A program made the position numbers and the translations under genes. A stretch of 64,000 nucleotides of DNA from Candidatus Aminicenantes bacterium (GTDB lineage: Bacteria > Acidobacteriota > Aminicenantia > S016-38): contig JALVRF010000127.1 of the NCBI GenBank assembly GCA_027025175.1, positions 16,140 to 80,139 on the forward strand, read 5' to 3'. Shown here piece by piece: positions 55,555 through 64,000 of the stretch. Position 1 is the first letter of the stretch. Every line of letters begins with the position of its first letter. The notes under the pieces are model-generated. The model was not told where the DNA came from. It searched no databases and saw nothing but the letters and a program-made list of their open reading frames with translations.

Positions 55555-58400
55555 AGTGTTCCCTGTGTGGGCGAGAAAATCCGGAAGGCAGGTTTACCTG
55601 TAAGTTCTGCGGATTTCCCCTGAGGAGCATAGATAATCTTCCTCCGGGGGAAATATTAAAGGGAAGGTTTAAAATCCTGAGTTTTCTGGGCAAAGGTGGA
55701 ATGGGGGTGATATACAGGGCAATGGACCTCAAACTTAACAGGGTTGTAGCCGTTAAAATCCTCCCCCTGGAACTTAAGGCAGATGAAAAGGCCAGGAAGA
55801 GGTTTCTCAGGGAAGCTCAGGCAGCAGCAAGACTGGAGCACCCCAACATATGCACCATCCACGAAATTTACGAAAGCGACGACATAGACTTTATAGTTAT
55901 GCCGTACATAGAGGGGGAAAATCTTCAGAGAGTTCTGAGGAACAAGGGGCCTTTTTCCCTGGAGGAATTTCTCCATTACGCCAGGCAGATGGCCTCTGCC
56001 CTCTCAGCGGCCCACAACAAGGGGATTATCCACCGGGATATAAAACCCTCTAACATAATGATCACCAGGGAAGGCCTGGTAAAGATTCTTGATTTTGGAC
56101 TGGCGAAATTTACTGGAGCAGAGGAATCCCTCACCTCTGCCGATGTGGTGGTGGGAACCCTGGCTTACATGTCCCCGGAACAATGCCGGGGGGAAAAATT
56201 AACCCCTGCTTCGGATGTTTTTTCCATGGGAATAGTCTTCTACGAGATGCTCACAGGTGAAAATCCCTTCCGGGGAGAAGATACTGGCTCCACATTCTAC
56301 AAATTACTTCACGAGGACCCTCCCCCTCCTTCCCATAAAAAGCAATTGCCTCCGGAACTGGACAGGGTGTTAATGAAGGCCCTGGAAAAGGAGCCCTCTA
56401 AAAGGTACAGGGATGGAGGGGAACTCCTGAAGGCCCTGAGCGAGATTAGGGGAGATGGGACCCTGGAACTCCAGCCCACCATGGTTACCCCGGCCCCGCC
56501 ATCAAAGAAGGAAAGACGGAGTAGAAGATTTCTCTTTCTATCTGGATTAGCCCTTCTTATTGTCATCGCGGCAGGAGGGGTCTTTGCCCTCCTGAATTCC
56601 AATCACCATCCCCGCTCTGTGGTCATAAGGGATTTTCTCGGGGGAGCAGGAGTCTCAAGCGATGCGGTAAAGGCAGTTTCCTTCCTCCTGAAGAAAAAAC
56701 TTCTTCTCCTTCAGGATGTTACGGTCATAGACGAGGGAACATTCGTGGACCTGCGGAAAAGGTACAGCCTGGAACAATTATTTAAAAAGTTCAGGGTTAT
56801 AGGAATAATCTCCGGTAGCATAAAGAAATACGGGAAAATGGTGAGCCTTGAAGCCTCTCTTTCCAAGGGAGGAGAAAATTTTCCCATAACCATCTCCGGG
56901 GAAGGGGAGGGGTCAATTCTTCAGTTTCAGGTGGATTCCCTGGGTGAAAAACTGGCCTTGCTTCTTTCCCTGAAGTTTAGAAGAAAAGCAAAGGTAAGCG
57001 CCCTCACCACAGAGGATTATTCAGCACTTATTTCTTATATAAAAGCCAGGGAAGAATGGGAGAAGTTATCGGTCTCAAATGCTAGAAAATATCTCCTGAC
57101 GGCCCTCAGGCGGGATCATGAATTCCCCCTGGCCCATTTTCTCTATGCCAAGGTTCTGGTGTTTCTGGACAGGATAGATGAGGCAAAAAAACAGGTGAAA
57201 CTTGCCCTGGCCGGCAGAGATAGAATGCTGGACCTGGACCTCTGGAGGGCTGAGGCATTAAAAGCAGAGCTCCACATGAAATTCAAGGAAAAAATAAGGT
57301 TTCTGGAAAGGGTAAGGGAAATGGCTCCCTACGATAAACACTCCTATTATGACCTGGCAGAGGCCTATTTCCACCGGGCCTCCCCCAGAAGGGCAATAAC
57401 TTATTATGAGAAGGCCTTGCAGTTGAAGGCCGACTATCTTCCAGTCCTCAATCACCTGGGTTATTGTTATCTTTACATAGGGGAGCATCTTAAGGGGATC
57501 CAGTATTTCGAAAAATACAAACTGCTTAGCGGAGAGGCCAATGCCTTTGATTCTCTGGGGGATGGATATTTCTATTCAGGGAATTACCTGGAAGCCATCA
57601 CCAGCAAGGAAACCGCCTTAGAGAAGGACCCTACCCTCACCTGGATTTATCACAGTTTGGCCTATATTCTTTTCATAAAAGGGGATATATCCAGGGCCTT
57701 CAATTATAATTCCCTCTACCTTTCCAGGGTAAGGGACAAAAAATCCATGGCCAGGGGATATATGCAGAGGGCCTATTTCAAATTGGAACTGGGCCGCCTG
57801 GGAGCTGAGGCAGACATCCGCAAAGCCATCTCCACTTTTGATCCCAGGGAGCCCCATATTTTAATACCGGAACTTCACTGGATAGCCCTTCAGATTTATA
57901 TAAGGGAAGGGAAAATAAAGGAAGCCTGCGAGCACCTCAAGTGGATGGAAAAGGTGGTGAGGGAATACTCTGTAAACCAGGAAAATTATTTCCCTATTTA
58001 CAAATATTACCTCCACGGGAAAGCCGAATGTTTACTCGCCAGAGGCGACAGGAGGGGACTTACCTATTACGAAAAACTCATGAAAATCAAAGAAAAACTC
58101 GGGTACTGGGCAACCCCCTTTGAACGGGGATTCTTTACAGGAAAAAAGGCCCTGGCGGAGATAAAGATGGGAAAATTGTCCGGCGCGGAGATAAGCCTCA
58201 GAGATGGTTTCTCCTACAATCCCAATCATCCACTTCTTCTCCTGGCCAGAATTTTTCTTCTCAAAAAGGAGGGGAAATTTGAGGAGGCCAGAAGAAGAAC
58301 TGAAGAACTTTTAAGTTTCTATCGTTCCTATCCTCCGGCGGACAGGGACTTCCTCAACATTGTCAAGGAGAAAATAAAGAAAGCGCCTGGGGGGATTTGA
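55551..58400 (+). CDS. Ser/Thr protein kinase: N-terminal zinc-ribbon, kinase domain, one TM helix, C-terminal TPR array
   Basis: CSLCGREN...CKFCGF; GKGGMGVIYRA, VAVK, HRDIKPSNIMI, DFG, SPEQ; a hydrophobic stretch at about aa 330; TPR repeats after that. Confidence 0.8.
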   Translation: MKCSLCGRENPEGRFTCKFCGFPLRSIDNLPPGEILKGRFKILSFLGKGGMGVIYRAMDLKLNRVVAVKILPLELKADEKARKRFLREAQAAARLEHPNICTIHEIYESDDIDFIVMPYIEGENLQRVLRNKGPFSLEEFLHYARQMASALSAAHNKGIIHRDIKPSNIMITREGLVKILDFGLAKFTGAEESLTSADVVVGTLAYMSPEQCRGEKLTPASDVFSMGIVFYEMLTGENPFRGEDTGSTFYKLLHEDPPPPSHKKQLPPELDRVLMKALEKEPSKRYRDGGELLKALSEIRGDGTLELQPTMVTPAPPSKKERRSRRFLFLSGLALLIVIAAGGVFALLNSNHHPRSVVIRDFLGGAGVSSDAVKAVSFLLKKKLLLLQDVTVIDEGTFVDLRKRYSLEQLFKKFRVIGIISGSIKKYGKMVSLEASLSKGGENFPITISGEGEGSILQFQVDSLGEKLALLLSLKFRRKAKVSALTTEDYSALISYIKAREEWEKLSVSNARKYLLTALRRDHEFPLAHFLYAKVLVFLDRIDEAKKQVKLALAGRDRMLDLDLWRAEALKAELHMKFKEKIRFLERVREMAPYDKHSYYDLAEAYFHRASPRRAITYYEKALQLKADYLPVLNHLGYCYLYIGEHLKGIQYFEKYKLLSGEANAFDSLGDGYFYSGNYLEAITSKETALEKDPTLTWIYHSLAYILFIKGDISRAFNYNSLYLSRVRDKKSMARGYMQRAYFKLELGRLGAEADIRKAISTFDPREPHILIPELHWIALQIYIREGKIKEACEHLKWMEKVVREYSVNQENYFPIYKYYLHGKAECLLARGDRRGLTYYEKLMKIKEKLGYWATPFERGFFTGKKALAEIKMGKLSGAEISLRDGFSYNPNHPLLLLARIFLLKKEGKFEEARRRTEELLSFYRSYPPADRDFLNIVKEKIKKAPGGI

Positions 58401-58456
58401 ACCCCCGGCCTTCGGCTCCGGAGGCCGACGCTCTGTCCAGCTGAGCTACAGGCGCC
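58382..58456 (-). tRNA. tRNA-Arg (anticodon CCG)
   Basis: Reverse complement gives D-arm GCUC-AGCUGGAC-AGAGC, anticodon stem UCGGC/GCCGA with loop CU-CCG-GA, T-arm GGGGG-UUCAAAU-CCCCC. The exact acceptor ends are uncertain to about 1 nt. Confidence 0.8.
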
Positions 58457-58457
58457 T

Positions 58458-59684
58458 TTATTTTTCCGAAGACCACAGTTGCATTAATTTTATCAGAAGA
58501 TCCACCGCCTTCTCCATGTCCTGAAGGGAAATCCATTCCTGGCGGGAATGGAAATTATGCCCACCGGTGAAGAGATTGGGGGTCAGGAGCCCCTTATAGG
58601 AAAGCATGGCCCCGTCGGTGCCGCCTCTTATACTGGTTCTCCTGGGTTCAATCCCCACTTCCTTGGCTGCCCTTATGGCAAGGTCCACCACCCGGGGCTC
58701 TTCCTGAAGTTTGTATTTCATGTTCCTGTATTGTTCTTTGATTTCCAGGGAAATCTCAGCCCTAGGATAATCCTTCCTTACAACTTCTATTATCTTCTTC
58801 AGGAGTTCTTCTATTTCCTTGAGTTCTTCCACCTCAAAGGCCCTGAATATAAATTCTACCTCTGCCCTTTCAACATTTCCCCTTATGTCCGTGGGATGGA
58901 GATAACCCTCCTTGCCCTCGGTGGTTTCAGGAGAGAGGGTAAAACGGGGCAGCCTGGAGACGATGTCCGAGGCAATCTTTATGGCATTGACCAGTTTTCC
59001 CTTGGCGTATCCTGGATGAACATTTACTCCCTTTATTATTACCTTGCCTGCGTCGGCTGAGAAGGTCTCGTCCTCAATTTCCCCCAGGGCCCCGCCATCC
59101 ACGGTATAGGCGAAATCGGCCCCGAATTTTTTCAGGTCAAACTTAACGGTTCCCCTGCCTATCTCCTCGTCCGGAGTAAAGGCAATCTTTATCTCGGGAC
59201 GGGGAATTTCAGGATGGGATAGCAGGTATTCAACGGCGGTGATTATCTCAGCAATTCCGGCTTTGTCGTCTGCCCCGAGGAGGGTGGTGCCATCGGTGGT
59301 TATTATTGTTTCCCCGACCTTTTCCTTTAGGTCCGGATTCTCCTCGACCCTAATAACCACTCCTTCCTTAAGGACGATGTCCTTTCCATCGTAATTTTCG
59401 TGAACTATGGGATTAACATTGGCTCCTGAAACATCCGGAGAGGTATCCATGTGGGCTATCAGGCCTATTTTATACTTTGAATCAGTATTGGAGGGCAGGG
59501 AAGCGTAAACATATCCGTACTGGTCCATCTCGGCCTCAAGTCCCATGGATTTGAGTTCCTCCACTAAAATCTTCCCGAGGTTCTTCTGTTTTTCCGTGGA
59601 GGGGATGGTCTCGGACCTGGGGTCCGACTGGGTGTCTACCCTCACATACCTCAAAAACCTGTCAAGCAATTTTCCGTATTTCAT
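58458..59684 (-). CDS. pepT: Peptidase T (tripeptide aminopeptidase, M20B)
   Basis: N-terminal FLRYVRVDTQSD, HMDTSPD, and the M20 metal ligands. Confidence 0.85.
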   Translation of the reverse strand: MKYGKLLDRFLRYVRVDTQSDPRSETIPSTEKQKNLGKILVEELKSMGLEAEMDQYGYVYASLPSNTDSKYKIGLIAHMDTSPDVSGANVNPIVHENYDGKDIVLKEGVVIRVEENPDLKEKVGETIITTDGTTLLGADDKAGIAEIITAVEYLLSHPEIPRPEIKIAFTPDEEIGRGTVKFDLKKFGADFAYTVDGGALGEIEDETFSADAGKVIIKGVNVHPGYAKGKLVNAIKIASDIVSRLPRFTLSPETTEGKEGYLHPTDIRGNVERAEVEFIFRAFEVEELKEIEELLKKIIEVVRKDYPRAEISLEIKEQYRNMKYKLQEEPRVVDLAIRAAKEVGIEPRRTSIRGGTDGAMLSYKGLLTPNLFTGGHNFHSRQEWISLQDMEKAVDLLIKLMQLWSSEK

Positions 59685-59693
59685 AATGCCTCC

Positions 59694-60881
59694 TTATTCA
59701 AAGGGCTTATAGGAAAGGGCCTCCTTTAAATTGTAAAAATCGCTTCCCTTGGCCACCAATCTCACCCTGGTTAACAGGGTCTCAGGATCTATTAACTCTT
59801 CAAAGGGAATTCCCTTTATGCCGAAATTGTCCGTGACAGAAACCATGTGCCCGAACTGCCCCCTCTTGTAAAGGATATACCCACCGTAACCCAGCATGGC
59901 TCCTAAAACTATGTCAAAACTAATGGGGGGAGCAGAGCGGGTTTCGTATCCTATCTGTCTTCCCACCACCTTCTTCTTTTTCCCGGTCTTATCCTGGTAT
60001 TTTAAAACCACCCTCTCGGCCAGGATTTTTCCTATCTCAGCAGCACCGTGAATTATGTTTCCGTGCTTATCCTTTTTCTTTGGTCTTAATTCCTTGGGGA
60101 GTTTCTCCGCCAGGCCCTCGGCCACGCAGATAACCCCGTAGAGTTTGTGTTCCCTTTCCCTCTGGAGAATAACTTCCACTATCCTCTCCGCCACATCGTC
60201 AATATTGAACTCTTCCCCCTCAAAATCCTCCCCGGAAAGCATCATCACCGCCTCCCCTGCTATTCCCGCAGCATAGGTAAGCCAACCACTCTTCCTTCCC
60301 ATTATTTCCACTATGAAATAGGCATCGGTAGCCTCAGCATCTGCCCTCAGGTTGAGGAGAAGCCTCCGGTAAATGTCCACAGCGCTCCAGTATCCGAAGG
60401 TCCAGGCAATACCGTAATAATCGTTGTCTATGGTTTTGGGGATGTGGATGACCGGGAAACCAAGGAGTCTTAGATAATTGGCAGTTTTAAGAGTATCATC
60501 CCCTCCCATGGTGAAAAGGGCCTCCACCCCCAAAAATTTAAGGGCTTCAATTATGTTAAGAAGAGGTCTTGCTTTCCTCCTGTCCTTCAGGTCCTCAGCA
60601 TTTTTTATGTTTCTCCCCGGGTTTGCCCTGGAGGTTTTTATATAAACCCCGCTACTGTGCCTGATTTTCGTAACCTCTCCGGTAAGTTCCTTATAATGAT
60701 AATCCTTAAGGAGGGATAGGGGGTCCCTGGGATTAAACTTCTCCAGGTATTCAAATCCCCGGATAAACCCCAGAACTGAAAAACCCTCATTTAAAAAACT
60801 AAGAGTCAGGGAGGATATAACGGAATTTGCCGCAGGAGCCGGCCCTCCGGAAAAAAGGATTCCTATTTTCTTCCTTTCCAT
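59694..60881 (-). CDS. 6-phosphofructokinase, probably pyrophosphate-dependent type
   Basis: KIGILFSGGPAPAAN, GGDDT, PKTIDND, IVEIMGRKSGW. The Asp in GGDDT and the Lys before TIDND are PPi-PFK hallmarks. Start at the ATG 60881 (MERKK) rather than the GTG at 60908. Confidence 0.75.
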   Translation of the reverse strand: MERKKIGILFSGGPAPAANSVISSLTLSFLNEGFSVLGFIRGFEYLEKFNPRDPLSLLKDYHYKELTGEVTKIRHSSGVYIKTSRANPGRNIKNAEDLKDRRKARPLLNIIEALKFLGVEALFTMGGDDTLKTANYLRLLGFPVIHIPKTIDNDYYGIAWTFGYWSAVDIYRRLLLNLRADAEATDAYFIVEIMGRKSGWLTYAAGIAGEAVMMLSGEDFEGEEFNIDDVAERIVEVILQREREHKLYGVICVAEGLAEKLPKELRPKKKDKHGNIIHGAAEIGKILAERVVLKYQDKTGKKKKVVGRQIGYETRSAPPISFDIVLGAMLGYGGYILYKRGQFGHMVSVTDNFGIKGIPFEELIDPETLLTRVRLVAKGSDFYNLKEALSYKPFE

Positions 60882-60884
60882 GTT

Positions 60885-60890
60885 TATAAT
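60885..60890 (+). promoter_or_regulatory. -10 hexamer (TATAAT) 6 nt upstream of the mpl ATG, leaderless-type
   Basis: TATAAT-gatatc-ATG (60897). Embedded in the palindrome ATGATATCAT. Confidence 0.4.
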
Positions 60891-60896
60891 GATATC

Positions 60897-62273
60897 ATGA
60901 AATATCACATCATAGCAGTCTCCGGCACCGCCACCGCCACTCTCGCCAGCCTTTTAAAGGAGAAGGGAGCGAATATTAGCGGCTCGGATATTTCCTTTTA
61001 TCCCCCCATGGGGGAATTTGTAAAAGCCCTGGGAATAAAACTTTATGATGGCTTTTCCCGGAATAACATAGACCGTTCCCTTCCCTTGGACGGGGTGATC
61101 GTGGGAAATTTCGTCCCCTCCTCCAATCCGGAAGCGGAGAGAGCCATAGAACTGGGACTTGACCTTTTTTCTGTCCCGGAAGCCCTTTATCACTTCGCCA
61201 TGAGGGGAAAGGAAAGAATAGTGGTGGCAGGAACCCATGGAAAAACCACCACCACCGCCCTTCTGGCCTTCCTCATGGACAGAGCCGGGCTCAACCCTGG
61301 TTTTTTCATAGGGGGACTCCCTGTGGATTTTCCCTCCAGCGGAAGACTGGGGGACAATTGGTTCGTGGCTGAAGGGGATGAGTACGAAACTAGTTTTTTT
61401 GACAAGGGCCCCAAATTTTTTCACCTGTTTCCCAAATACCTTCTCCTTGGGCCCGTGGAAATGGACCACTACGACATATACGAAAACCTGAATGAACTGG
61501 AAAGGGTGTTTTCCCTTTTAGTCTCCATGGTACCATCTTCGGGCTTAATAGTGGCAGCAAATACCGAAACCAACAGGAGAATCCTCCAGAGAGCGAGGGC
61601 AAGGGTTATAGCCGTGCCCTCCAGGGAATGGAAACTTGAAGAAATCCGGAAAAGGGGAGAGGGCATGGTTTTAAGTTTTAAAACCCCTGGTGGAAGGGAA
61701 GAATTCTTCCATCCTGCCTTCTCCACCCCCTTGGCCAGAAATTTCTCCCTGGCCCTTCCCCTTCTTCTTGAAATTGGCTTGTCCCTTGGGTCCATAAAAA
61801 ATGGTTTAAAGGATTTCCGGGGGGTAAAAAGAAGGATGGAGATTCTTGGAGAAAACGAGAAGGTTAAATTCTTCACAGACTTCGCCCATCATCCCTCCTC
61901 TCTGGAATTGAACCTCAGGGACCTGAGAAAAAGATTTGAGGGGTGGAAACTCGTTGCCCTGGTGGAGCCTGCCAGTTGGACCATGAGGTCAGGGATATTC
62001 CAGAGCAGGCTTCCAGGGACCCTTTCCCCTGCGGATTCCGTAATACTGGCCCCTCCTCCTTCCTCAAAAATCAAAAAGGGAAGGGGGTTGGACAGGAGAA
62101 GGGTTGTGGAGGAATTGGGGGCCATGGGAAAGGAAGCCTTTGCCCCGGAAACCTGGGAGGAGGTTTACCGCAGGCTCCACCAGGTTTTAGGGGGAAAAAC
62201 CGTTATAGTTTTCTTTTCCAACGGGAATATTCAGGAAAAGGTTCAGAGGATTATAAGTCTTCTTTTTGAATAA
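60897..62273 (+). CDS. mpl: UDP-N-acetylmuramate:L-alanyl-gamma-D-glutamyl-meso-DAP ligase (Mpl) / MurC-family ligase
   Basis: Mur ligase P-loop VVAGTHGKTTTTALLAF, and GDNWFVAEGDEYETSFFDKGPKFFH resembling Mpl more than MurC. Confidence 0.65.
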   Translation: MKYHIIAVSGTATATLASLLKEKGANISGSDISFYPPMGEFVKALGIKLYDGFSRNNIDRSLPLDGVIVGNFVPSSNPEAERAIELGLDLFSVPEALYHFAMRGKERIVVAGTHGKTTTTALLAFLMDRAGLNPGFFIGGLPVDFPSSGRLGDNWFVAEGDEYETSFFDKGPKFFHLFPKYLLLGPVEMDHYDIYENLNELERVFSLLVSMVPSSGLIVAANTETNRRILQRARARVIAVPSREWKLEEIRKRGEGMVLSFKTPGGREEFFHPAFSTPLARNFSLALPLLLEIGLSLGSIKNGLKDFRGVKRRMEILGENEKVKFFTDFAHHPSSLELNLRDLRKRFEGWKLVALVEPASWTMRSGIFQSRLPGTLSPADSVILAPPPSSKIKKGRGLDRRRVVEELGAMGKEAFAPETWEEVYRRLHQVLGGKTVIVFFSNGNIQEKVQRIISLLFE

Positions 62274-63480
62274 TCCTCTTTGGGGCCAGGGAAAAATCTT
62301 CCGGTCTCTTTATAAGCGAACTCATGTAGTCCAGTCTCGGGATCTCAGCAAGGGCAAAGTCCCTTTTCCCTGAAAAAGGGTTTACGGAGGTTTTGGGAAC
62401 AGGAAAGGGGCTTTCGGTGGCTTCAAGAACAAGGGCATAAAGATCATTCAGTTGGACCAGGTCCTCTTTTTCCTCAGCCCTGGCCCTTCCCGGAAGTTTT
62501 ATCCACAGGGGAACCCTGAGGTTGGCATCTTCAAGGGAAACCATGTGTTCCAGGTGCCCCCCTTCCCCGAAGGCCTCCCCGTGGTCCGAGGTTATTATCC
62601 AGAGGGTTCGGGAGAACTTCTTCCCATCCCTTTTAGCCTCCCGGAGAAACTCCGCAAGGAGATGCTGGGTAAAAAGTATCTCCTCGTCGTATAGGTCCCT
62701 CAGGTGTTCAATTACCCTTTGAGGAAACCTTCCTTTAGTGTAATGCTTCCGTGGGGGAATTTTTTCCCATTTCCCCATTTTTGCCCTTGACCAGGTCCCC
62801 CGGTAGGGCCTGGGAGGTCTATAGCGATGGTGGATTTCCATTATGTTCACGAAAAGGAAAAATCTTTCGCTTTCCCGGTAAACTTTCCTGGCCAGGGAAA
62901 AAGCCTTTTCGGTAAAGGGTTTTGAATTACGAACTACCGTGGAACCTATGCCCATTTTGTACTTGATGAAACGGTAGGTGGCTGAAATCAAAAAAAGCAA
63001 CGGCTCCCTTATAGATTTTTCCTTCCATATCCAGTAAGGGAAAATTTTCCACCTTCCTTTTTGAAGGATTATTCTTTTGAATTTTTGGAAACTCTCGGGT
63101 CTCGCAAAAATTTCCCACCGATCCAGTTGAATGAAATGGTTAAAACCCCGGGAAAAACCCAGTTCCTTTATAATCAAACCGTTGGATGAAATTCCTATGG
63201 TGTCAAATCCGGCTTCCTTCAATACCTCCGCCATCACATAATATTGCTTCCCCAATTTAAGTTCCACTTCATTGACCCCGTGCTGGGAGGGGTAAAGCCC
63301 GGTAAAAATGGAAGCGTGGGCAGGGGAAGTCCAGCATGAGGTGGAAAAAGCGTTTCTGAAAAAGACAAAACCTTCCTCCTGTAGAAACCTCCTGAGTTCC
63401 GGGATGGTATCTCTGGAATATCCCATTTCAGGAAGATGGAGGGCTGAAAAGGTATCAAGAACAATAAGGATTACATTCAT
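62251..63480 (-). CDS. Alkaline-phosphatase-superfamily (sulfatase-like) hydrolase, cytoplasmic form
   Basis: VILIVLDTFSALHL, STSCWTSPAHASIFTG. No signal peptide. Confidence 0.65.
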   Translation of the reverse strand: MNVILIVLDTFSALHLPEMGYSRDTIPELRRFLQEEGFVFFRNAFSTSCWTSPAHASIFTGLYPSQHGVNEVELKLGKQYYVMAEVLKEAGFDTIGISSNGLIIKELGFSRGFNHFIQLDRWEIFARPESFQKFKRIILQKGRWKIFPYWIWKEKSIREPLLFLISATYRFIKYKMGIGSTVVRNSKPFTEKAFSLARKVYRESERFFLFVNIMEIHHRYRPPRPYRGTWSRAKMGKWEKIPPRKHYTKGRFPQRVIEHLRDLYDEEILFTQHLLAEFLREAKRDGKKFSRTLWIITSDHGEAFGEGGHLEHMVSLEDANLRVPLWIKLPGRARAEEKEDLVQLNDLYALVLEATESPFPVPKTSVNPFSGKRDFALAEIPRLDYMSSLIKRPEDFSLAPKRIIQKEDL

Positions 63481-63499
63481 GAAATAAGTATATCCCGAA

Positions 63500-63955
63500 T
63501 TACCATTTAATACGCAGGGAAATCCTCGCCTGGCGGGGCTGTTGCCTGCCCCAGATCTTTCCGAAGGCAGGGGTATCTTCCCTTACGAAGGATACGGGTT
63601 TCTGGGAATTAAAAACATTAAACAGATCCAGCCTTAGATCTACCGTATAGCCGGAAAGAATCGGGATCTCCTTTTCAACTCCGAGGTCAAGGTAAAAATG
63701 CGGAGGAGTAGTTCTGGAGCCCCTTCCCTCGGGAAAGGCGTAGTAACCAAAAAATGGGACAAGTCCTCTCTTCTCCCAGTGGTAGCCGGAAAGATAAGCA
63801 CCTGCCACGGAGAAAACTGTGCCCCAGGGGCCAAAAATTATGGCATTTATCTTTGCCACATGGTCCACACTATAGGGAAGTTTCCCGTACCACCCTTCAT
63901 CCCCGAACATGGGACCTCCGAGCCCCCCAAAACCCCAGTCAAAAAGTTCCCTCAA
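63500..63955 (-). CDS. Probable C-terminal part of an outer-membrane beta-barrel protein; ORF may extend upstream toward the window end
   Basis: Aromatic/Gly-rich alternating strands ending RISLRIKW. The N-terminal extent is uncertain. Confidence 0.35.
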   Translation of the reverse strand: MRELFDWGFGGLGGPMFGDEGWYGKLPYSVDHVAKINAIIFGPWGTVFSVAGAYLSGYHWEKRGLVPFFGYYAFPEGRGSRTTPPHFYLDLGVEKEIPILSGYTVDLRLDLFNVFNSQKPVSFVREDTPAFGKIWGRQQPRQARISLRIKW

Positions 63956-64000
63956 AGGCCGAAGTTCGGGAAGGTCGGGAACAAATATGTGCTTCCCAAA

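Overview
This 64 kb window is a densely packed chromosomal core region, about 50% GC, from what is probably a thermophilic diderm bacterium. Supporting this: proteins rich in K/E/R, an LpxI-type lipid A pathway, BamA/Skp and Lol systems. Genes often overlap by 4-40 nt, many as ATGA stop/start junctions. I found no mobile elements, integrases, CRISPR arrays or rRNA.

I call about 70 protein genes and three tRNAs: Arg-ACG, Ala-CGC and Arg-CCG. The protein genes fall into these groups:
- Folate: BFN-domain partial ORF, folK, folP, folE2.
- Riboflavin and translation: ribH-nusB-lysS, aspS, rpsT, tsaE-nnr.
- Envelope: lolCD, bamA-skp-fabZ-lpxA-lpxI plus a Gfo/Idh/MocA (GnnA-like) dehydrogenase, murB, pgeF, mpl, a GT2, two alkaline-phosphatase-superfamily hydrolases, porin-like proteins, and a four-gene pseudopilin block next to comEA.
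- Stress and repair: clpC-like, recA.
- Metabolism: aldehyde dehydrogenase, glnA, PPi-type phosphofructokinase, pepT, galU.
- Metal uptake: znuACB-like.
- Signalling: two TPR-containing Ser/Thr kinases.

The observations I would follow up:
1. At least eight genes have a -10 hexamer exactly 6 nt upstream of the ATG with no Shine-Dalgarno, the architecture of leaderless mRNAs. Other genes use strong GGAGG sites.
2. Two tRNAs sit 8-15 nt upstream of SD-less ORFs (folE2, galU). Each has a TATAAT exactly 12 nt before the tRNA 5' end, consistent with tRNA acting as a processed leader.
3. A tightly coupled operon links a P-loop protein of unknown function, carbamate kinase, ornithine carbamoyltransferase and a 572-aa unknown protein.
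4. An unannotated 56-aa membrane ORF joins a TM protein gene to aspS by ATGA overlaps at both ends.
5. A shortened TldD/TldE pair lies divergent from glnA.
6. A lone archease, a PUR-like small protein, and several palindromic operator-like sites.
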